DNA of 16,045 nucleotides from Kofleriaceae bacterium (GTDB lineage Bacteria; Myxococcota_A; Polyangia; Haliangiales; Haliangiaceae): NCBI GenBank assembly GCA_035493675.1, contig DATJIA010000103.1, positions 1 to 16,045 of the forward strand, read 5' to 3'. Shown piece by piece: positions 7,772 to 13,900 of this stretch (position 1 is its first letter; each line of letters starts with the position of its first letter). The notes under the pieces were generated by a model. It saw only the letters and a program-made list of their open reading frames with translations, ran no database searches and was not told where the DNA came from. The position numbers and the translations under genes were made by a program.

Positions 7772-9805
7772 TCAGCTCACCTTGTCCTCGAGCTGGCGCG
7801 CCTGATCGAGCAGCGACTTCAGCTTCGTCTTGGTCGCGTCGTCGGCCTTGTTCATGAGCGCGGCGAAGACCGCGTTGAGATCGCCCGCGCTCTTGCCGTT
7901 GCCCATCTTCTCGGCGACGACGCGCTTGACGATGTCGCTGTTCTCGCTGACCGCGTCGATCGAGCTGCCGAGCGAGACCGCCTTGACGAAGCGATCGAAG
8001 AACTGGCCGTCGCCGCCGACGATCTTGATGTCGGCGTTGCCCATGGTCTTGCCCATGACCTCGGCCTGCTGCTCGGCCATCTGCACGCGCGCGTGGATCT
8101 GCTCCAGCGCGATCGTGCGATCCGCTTCGAGCTTGAGGCGGAACTCCTCGTGCTCGCGCGCGCTGCCCTGCAGCTGCTGCATCGCCTTCGCCTTCTCGGC
8201 GAGGCCGGTCGCCTCGGCGAGCATCCGCTTCTGGATCGCGTCGGCCTCGGCGGCCTTCGCGGTGACCTCGGCGAGCAGCTTCTCGCGCACGCCGACCGCG
8301 GACGCGACGCCCTCCTTCTCGATCGCGATCGCGCCGGCCTCGCGCCCCTGCGCCTCGGCGAGCGCCTTGCGCTTGACGTTCTCGGCGGTGACGGTGCCTT
8401 CCTTGTCGGCGACCAGCACGGCGGCCTCGCGCACGCGCACGGTCGCGAGCCCCTCGGCGGCGTGCTCGGCCTGCGCACCTTCGGCGCGGCGGATCGCGGC
8501 GCGCGCTTCCTTGTCGCTCGACTCCATCGCGGCGTCGGCGAGGATGATCTGCCGCTTCGCCTGCGACTGCGCGACCTGCGTCTCGGCCTCGGCCTTCTTG
8601 ATGTCCTTGACGAACGATCCTTGCGCCTCGGCCTCCGCCGCGGTGATCGCGACGTTCTTCTCGCGCTTGGCCTGCGCGTCGGTGCGCAGGTCCTTGATCG
8701 ACTCCTCCTCGACGGCGACCGTCTTGTCGACGGCGACGCGCGCCCGCACGATGTCGGCGATCGCGCGCTTCTCGGTCTCGAGCGCCTTGTTGGCGTCGAT
8801 CGTGTTCAGCTGCACCTCGCGCGTGCGGCCGACCTCCTCGAGATCGTGCGCCTTGGCGACGCGCACCTTCTCGACCTCGACCTCGCGGATCCGGCCCTGC
8901 TCCGAGACCTGCACCGAGCGCAGCTTGGCCTGCTCGGCCATCTGGATCATCTCGTCGGCCTTCTGCTTCTCGATCGCCGTGCGCTTCTGCTCCTCGAGCT
9001 GGAAGCGCGCCGCCTCGTTCGACTCGCGCGCCTGCGCGACCGCGATCTCCTTGTCCTTCTTCGCGGCGGCCTCGGCCTGCGCCTGCTCGAAGCGGTAGAG
9101 CGCCTCTTGCGCGGTGAGATCCTGCTTGCCGGTCTCCATCTTCTGGCGCTGCTTGAGCTGGTTGGTGTCGATCGCGGCGGCCGACGTGATGTCGGTGATC
9201 TTGCGGATGCCGAGCGCGTCGAGGACGTTGTTGGGATCGAGCATCTCGATCGGCGTCTGCTCGAGGTAGTCGATCGCGCAGTCGTCGAGGACGTAGCCGT
9301 TCAGGTCCTCGCCGATCACCTTCTTGATGTTGTTCTTGAAGTCCTGGCGGTGGGTGTAGAGGTTCTCGAACTCCATCACCTTGCCGACGGTCTTGAGCGC
9401 CTCGGAGAACTTCGCCGCGAACAGCTCCTCGAGCGTGCCCTGCTGCGACGCGCGCGCGCAGCCGATCGTCTGCGCGACCCGCAGCACGTCGTCGACGGTC
9501 TGGTTGATCGAGACGAAGAAGGTGACCTTGATGTCGGCGCGGATGTTGTCCGCGCAGATCAGGCCTTCCTTGCCATGGCGCGCGACCTCGATCGTCTTGA
9601 TCGACATGTCCATGATCTCGGCCTTGTTCACGATCGGCAGCACGATCGCGCCGGTGAACGTGACCTTGGGGTCGCGCCCCATCTTGTTCACGATCATCGC
9701 CTGTCCTTGATGGACCTGGCGCCATGTGCGCGCGACCAAGCCGAGGATGCCGAAGACGAGGACGGCGCCGGATGCGATCAGGATGATGGCGAGCTGTTGA
9801 CCCAT
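7772..9805 (-). CDS. Flotillin / SPFH (band 7) family protein, YqiK/FloT-like, long form (677 aa)
   Basis: ATG at 9805-9803 (MGQQLAIILIASGAVLVFGILGLVA...). There is an N-terminal membrane hairpin, then an SPFH domain (IVNKMGRDPKVTFTGAIVLPIVNKAEIMDMSIKTIEV...). This is followed by a long A/E/Q/K-rich flotillin-repeat coiled coil (EAAAKKDKEIAVAQARESNEAARFQLEEQKRTAIEKQKADEM...). The GGAGGAG Shine-Dalgarno sits about 7 nt upstream. The stop TGA at 7774-7772 lies 4 nt before the next gene's ATG. Confidence 0.9.
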   Translation of the reverse strand: MGQQLAIILIASGAVLVFGILGLVARTWRQVHQGQAMIVNKMGRDPKVTFTGAIVLPIVNKAEIMDMSIKTIEVARHGKEGLICADNIRADIKVTFFVSINQTVDDVLRVAQTIGCARASQQGTLEELFAAKFSEALKTVGKVMEFENLYTHRQDFKNNIKKVIGEDLNGYVLDDCAIDYLEQTPIEMLDPNNVLDALGIRKITDITSAAAIDTNQLKQRQKMETGKQDLTAQEALYRFEQAQAEAAAKKDKEIAVAQARESNEAARFQLEEQKRTAIEKQKADEMIQMAEQAKLRSVQVSEQGRIREVEVEKVRVAKAHDLEEVGRTREVQLNTIDANKALETEKRAIADIVRARVAVDKTVAVEEESIKDLRTDAQAKREKNVAITAAEAEAQGSFVKDIKKAEAETQVAQSQAKRQIILADAAMESSDKEARAAIRRAEGAQAEHAAEGLATVRVREAAVLVADKEGTVTAENVKRKALAEAQGREAGAIAIEKEGVASAVGVREKLLAEVTAKAAEADAIQKRMLAEATGLAEKAKAMQQLQGSAREHEEFRLKLEADRTIALEQIHARVQMAEQQAEVMGKTMGNADIKIVGGDGQFFDRFVKAVSLGSSIDAVSENSDIVKRVVAEKMGNGKSAGDLNAVFAALMNKADDATKTKLKSLLDQARQLEDKVS

Positions 9806-9806
9806 T

Positions 9807-10424
9807 TCACACTCCTCCAGGAGAAGGTTCCACCGCGAAGACGCGGCGGTCGGAATCGACGTCGATGACGAGCGCCTTGTCGCCGCGCACGAGCTTGTGC
9901 GCGGGATCGGCGCGGACCGCGATCTGCACGATGCTGCCGCCGTCGACGATGTCGGCGAAGCCGAAGTCGTTGTCGACGGTGTTGCTGGTGACCGTGCAGA
10001 TCGAGCCGATGTACTGCGCGTGGGTCTTCCCTTCCTTGATCTCGAAGACCGGCGCGAGCGGACGAACGAAGAGCGCGGCGAGCGGCAGCGCGACGACGAG
10101 CGCGAGCGGAAGCAGCAGCCAGCGCAGCACGCTCGACTCGCCCATGACGTAGTACGAGCCGAGCAGCGCCCCCACCCACGCCACCAGCACGATGACTGAG
10201 ATGCTGATCGTCAGCGGAACGTTGCCGAGGCCGAGATCCCAGTCGCTGTCCATGTCGACGTCGTGCCCACCATGTCCGAGCAGATCGATGTCGAGCGCAC
10301 CGATCACGACGAAGAGCCAATAGACGAGGACGATGCCCAGCGCGATCGTGAACACGATCGTCGGGAACCGCAGCGCGACATCCAACAGATTCACGTCAGC
10401 CCCCGTCAATTGTGTTGGTGCCAT
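9807..10424 (-). CDS. NfeD-like / YqiJ-family inner membrane protein (flotillin partner)
   Basis: Preferred start is ATG 10424-10422 (MAPTQLTGADVNLLDVALRFPTIVFTIALGIVLVYWLFVVIGAL...). It has 3-4 predicted TM helices followed by a C-terminal soluble beta-rich (OB-fold-like) segment, GSIVQIAVRADPAHKLVRGDKALVIDVDSDRRVFAVEP, as in short NfeD/YqiJ proteins. The stop TGA at 9809-9807 lies 1 nt before the flotillin ATG, indicating translational coupling. An alternative in-frame start at 10511 is less likely, because it would overlap a promoter-like TTGACA and translate through a hairpin. Confidence 0.7.
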   Translation of the reverse strand: MAPTQLTGADVNLLDVALRFPTIVFTIALGIVLVYWLFVVIGALDIDLLGHGGHDVDMDSDWDLGLGNVPLTISISVIVLVAWVGALLGSYYVMGESSVLRWLLLPLALVVALPLAALFVRPLAPVFEIKEGKTHAQYIGSICTVTSNTVDNDFGFADIVDGGSIVQIAVRADPAHKLVRGDKALVIDVDSDRRVFAVEPSPGGV

Positions 10425-10430
10425 GCGTAA

Positions 10431-10458
10431 GTCCCCCCTGACCTCTCCGCCAGGGGAC
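10431..10458 (-). promoter_or_regulatory. Imperfect stem-loop in the 5' leader of the NfeD-like gene, overlapping an SD-like GGGGGA
   Basis: Plus-strand gtcccccctg ... caggggac at 10431-10458. On the minus-strand mRNA this reads GTCCCCTG-gcggagaggt-CAGGGGGGAC, followed by ttacgc ATG. The only purine-rich SD candidate (GGGGGA, about 7 nt from the ATG) lies inside the 3' arm of the stem. Confidence 0.3.
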
Positions 10459-10504
10459 ATTCCGGCAAAGCGGTGTAGTTTTGCAATCCCTCGACGGCAC
10501 GACG

Positions 10505-10533
10505 TTGACACCGAATGCAGCGCGGTTACCGTG
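10505..10533 (+). promoter_or_regulatory. Sigma70-type promoter candidate: TTGACA, 17 nt spacer, TACCGT. This predicts a leaderless or near-leaderless mRNA for the 10541 gene.
   Basis: Consensus -35 TTGACA at 10505-10510, a 17-nt spacer, then TACCGT (TAnnnT) at 10528-10533. The predicted TSS is about 10540-10541, where the ATG of the channel-like gene sits. No Shine-Dalgarno is visible upstream of that ATG. Confidence 0.35.
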
Positions 10534-10540
10534 ATCGCCT

Positions 10541-10954
10541 ATGGAGCTCGATGCGCTGGTGCCTGTCGCGCTCGGCATGTGGGCCGTGCACGACAAGGAA
10601 GGCTTCGACGACGTCAAGGCGCAGCTCCGCCAGTGGGCGAAGCGCGATCCGATCGACGCGTTGATGACGACCGTCGTCGGCGGCGGCATCGCGTTCTGGC
10701 TCGCCGAGCGGGACACCAACCCGCACTGCAAGACGGCGTGGGACGGCATCCTCTACATGTCGACGTCGCTGTCGGTCGGCTACGACAACCTGTTCCCGAC
10801 GACGCCGACCGGTCACGCGCTGGCGACCTTCGCGCAGACCTTCGGCCCCGCGATGGCGAACGCCGCGCTCGAGGAGCCGGGGCCTTCGGTCGACGACAAG
10901 ATCCTCGCGAAGCTCGAAGAGATCGCGACGCTGCTCGCGGCGCGCGGCGCCTGA
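10541..10954 (+). CDS. Small (137 aa) two-TM K+-channel-like pore protein (Ion_trans_2-like) with non-canonical selectivity filter SVGYDN
   Basis: ATG at 10541 and TGA at 10952-10954, with strong GC3 bias. It has a TM1-like segment (LMTTVVGGGIAFWLA). The pore-helix and filter-like segment is WDGILYMSTSLSVGYDNLFPTTPTGHALATF. This follows the K-channel signature pattern (..LYfS..T.TTVGYGD..P.T..G..), but with GYG replaced by GYD and T replaced by S. A second, weakly hydrophobic helix follows (ALATFAQTFGPAMANAAL), then a charged C-terminal tail. Confidence 0.6.
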   Translation: MELDALVPVALGMWAVHDKEGFDDVKAQLRQWAKRDPIDALMTTVVGGGIAFWLAERDTNPHCKTAWDGILYMSTSLSVGYDNLFPTTPTGHALATFAQTFGPAMANAALEEPGPSVDDKILAKLEEIATLLAARGA

Positions 10955-10958
10955 GTCG

Positions 10959-13900
10959 TCACAGATCGTCGGCGTCCGAGCCTTCGTCCATCGGCCTGCG
11001 CTCGTGCTCGTGCTCCTGCCCGTGCCCGTCCCCGTGCCCGTGCTCGTGCGCGGACGGATCGCCTTGCTGCACCGGCGGCTCGCCCTGCTGCTCGGGGACG
11101 AGCGGCCACGAGCTCACGGCGGACAACAACGACTCGAACATGCCGCCGGAGTCCGGCGCCGGCGGCCGCTGCGGCGCGCGCTCTCGCTCGCCGCCGAGCT
11201 TCGGGAGGCCGAGCCCGCTCGATCCGCCGCGATCGTCTTCTTCGTCCTCTTCATCCTCTCCGCGGCCGCGGCCGTGGTCGCGGCGATCGTCCTCGGGCTC
11301 GCTATCGGCGTCGGAGCCGCCGTCCGCGATCTCCCAGTTCATCGCGATGACGTCGATCTCGTAACGCAGGTTGGCGACGATCTGCGCGACGCAGTCCATC
11401 AACCAGCCCTGCACGATCGCCTCGCCGCCGAACGGCGCGGCGAAGAGATCGAGGAGCCTGCGCGGCAGGTTCGGCGCGTCGCGCGCGAGCAGATCGTCCT
11501 GGTGGACGCCGCCCAGCGCCGACGCGTACACCTTGAAGTACGCGCGCTGCGCGAGCTTGCGCGCGACCTGGAGCGCGCCGGGCAGTTGGTTGTGGACGCC
11601 CCGCTGGTTGGCGATGCGCTCGAGCGCGCGCTGGGTCGCGGTCACGAGCGTCCGCGCCTGGGCGACGAACGTGCGGATCTGCGGCGTGCGCATCGCGTGC
11701 TCGAGCGCGCGCGCGTACGGTTTCTCGTCGGAGCGCGCCGGCGCCGCGAAGCCGTCGTCGGATTCGTCGTCGCTGAGCGCGGCGTAGAAGTCGTCGGCCG
11801 GCCAGTCGCCGAAGTACCCCTCGGTCTTGCCACCGATCGACTGCTCCCCCTTCATGATCTTCTCGCGCAGCCCGGCGGCCGACGGATCGGTCTTCGGCGC
11901 GGTCCACTTCGCGCTCGCGCTCTTGCCCGGCGTCTTGTACTTCGGCGGCGTCGCGCTGAACGTGCCGTTGAGGTTGCGATAGATGAGCTTCTTGCCGCGA
12001 CGCGCGGCCTCGGCCTGTACACGCTGCTCGAGCAAGCGCGTGAAGAACCGCTCGACGATCGGCCCCAGCGTGTCCGACTTCATGCCCTGCTGCGCGCCGG
12101 TGTGCGGCGCGTGCTGCTCGAGGATCGCGCGGAACTCCTGTCGCTCCTCCTCGGTCAACCCGAACTGGCGCGACTTGTCCTTGTCGGCGGTCAGCGACGG
12201 CCAGCGGATGACCTGCTCGATGACGACCCGGTGCTGCTTGAGCACCGCGAGGAACGACGACTCGCCCTCCTTCGAGGTGTGATCGTTGATCGCGAGCGCG
12301 CCGAGCGTGCGCCCGCTCCACACGTGCGACGGCGCGTGCGGCGTGAGGTAGTCGCGCAGCGGGTGGAACGACGCGTAGACCTTGCCCGAGTAGGGGTGCT
12401 GCGCCTTGCCGCTGCGGCGCCAGCGCGGGCGTAGGCGGAAGCCCTTCTCGGCGGCGATCGGCTTGTTGCCGAGCGCGTAGCGCACGGCGTGCCGGGGCTC
12501 GTCGGCGGTCGACACGAACGGGTGCGAGCGGAACGGCACGTCGCCGTACACCTTGTCGCGCGCCGGGTCGCGATCCGACTCCGCGTCGGGGCGCGGCTTG
12601 CCGCCGAGCTCGTGGTACTCGCCGACGGTCTCCGCCGACTTGGTGTAGTTCTCCGAGTAGTCGGACTGCAGCAGGTGGAACGGCGTCGGGAAGACGCGCG
12701 AGCTGCCGCCCTTCATCTTGCGCTTCGGATCGACGAACGGATCGGGGCGCCGCTTGCGCGCCAACCACGCGCGGAAGAGGCGCGCGTTCTTCCACACGTC
12801 GCCGCTCTTGCCATGGCTCGCCGTGTAGAACTCCTCGCGCGGCATGCCGGGCGGGCGCACCGCGTCGGCGAAGACCGGCTTGCCGAGCTGGCTGGCGCGG
12901 CGGTGCTCGCGCCGCTTCGCCTTGCTGAAGCGATTCGTCATGTACGCGATGCCGCGGAACTGCGGGACGACGAAGCGTGCGTAGCGCTTGTCGGTGAGGA
13001 TCTTCTCGATGTCGCCGGCGCTCTCGGCCCCGACGATCGCGACGTTGAGCTCCGCCAAGAGCGCCTCGTCCTCCTCGGTGAACCCGCCCTCGGACTCGTC
13101 GAGATCGTCCTCGGGCATGCGGAAGTCCTCGTCGGGCTCCGAGTCGGTGTCGCTGCCGTAGTAGTCGTGCGTCGCGGTCTCGCGCGCCGAGATCCACGCC
13201 GACAGGCCGCGCGCGTCGGGCAGCGGATCGCGCGAGGCCTGCGGCCAGAGCTCCGTGATCGTGCGGTACGTGTCGCTCTTCTGCGCCTCGGCCTCGCCCA
13301 AGCGGTTGACCTCGAGCACGTAGCGCGTGACCGCGTGCTCGAGCGCGTGATCGTCGGATCCGACCGACATCGCCGACGACGGTTGCTTCTTCGGCGCGGA
13401 GTCGACGCGGATGTCCATCGACGAGCTGCCGTGGTCGCTCTTCTCGCGCTTGCCCTCCTCCCTCTCGCCCGACGGCTCCTGCTTCCCCTTCGCCGGCTCC
13501 TCCTTCTTCGACTTCGCCGACTCCTCGGCGCGCTTCCCGGCGCGACGCCGCGCGAGATCGTCGCGGATGCCGGGCAGGTTGGGATCGCGCGCGATGTAGT
13601 CGCGCGTGAGGGGGCCGATCCCGCCGGGCGCCTCGCCGCGCGCGATCGCCACGATGATCGCGGACAGCACCTGCTCGATCTGCTGGCGGCTCATGCCGAC
13701 CGAGGCGACGCCGCGCAGGCGGTTGATCTCGAGCGCGGGCGCGGGCACGCCGTTCGCGATGATGTAGAGCCCGTCGATCAAGCAGTTGCCGTCGGCCACC
13801 GTCGGCATGACCTCGACGTAACCGTCGCCGTTCAGATCGACGAAGTCGACGTCGAGATCGTCGGGCGCCGCCGGTCGCAACACGATGTAGTGGTTGCCGC

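Noticed and set aside
3028-7857. 1609-aa plus-strand ORF, together with plus-strand ORFs 7733..9868, 7830..9098, 11004..12434 and 12489..15152
   Set aside because: All are antisense to genes with unambiguous homology signatures (AAA+ giant protein, flotillin, DUF4157 protein). Their translations are dominated by R, L, A, D and G with no domain motifs, and they lack GC3 bias. They are artefacts of 70%+ GC.
10425-10511. Alternative upstream start (10511 or about 10460) for the NfeD-like gene
   Set aside because: It would add a non-hydrophobic 29-aa extension translated across a hairpin and a promoter-like TTGACA. Homologous YqiJ/NfeD proteins start shortly before the first TM, as the 10424 ATG does. 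It cannot be fully excluded without TSS data.
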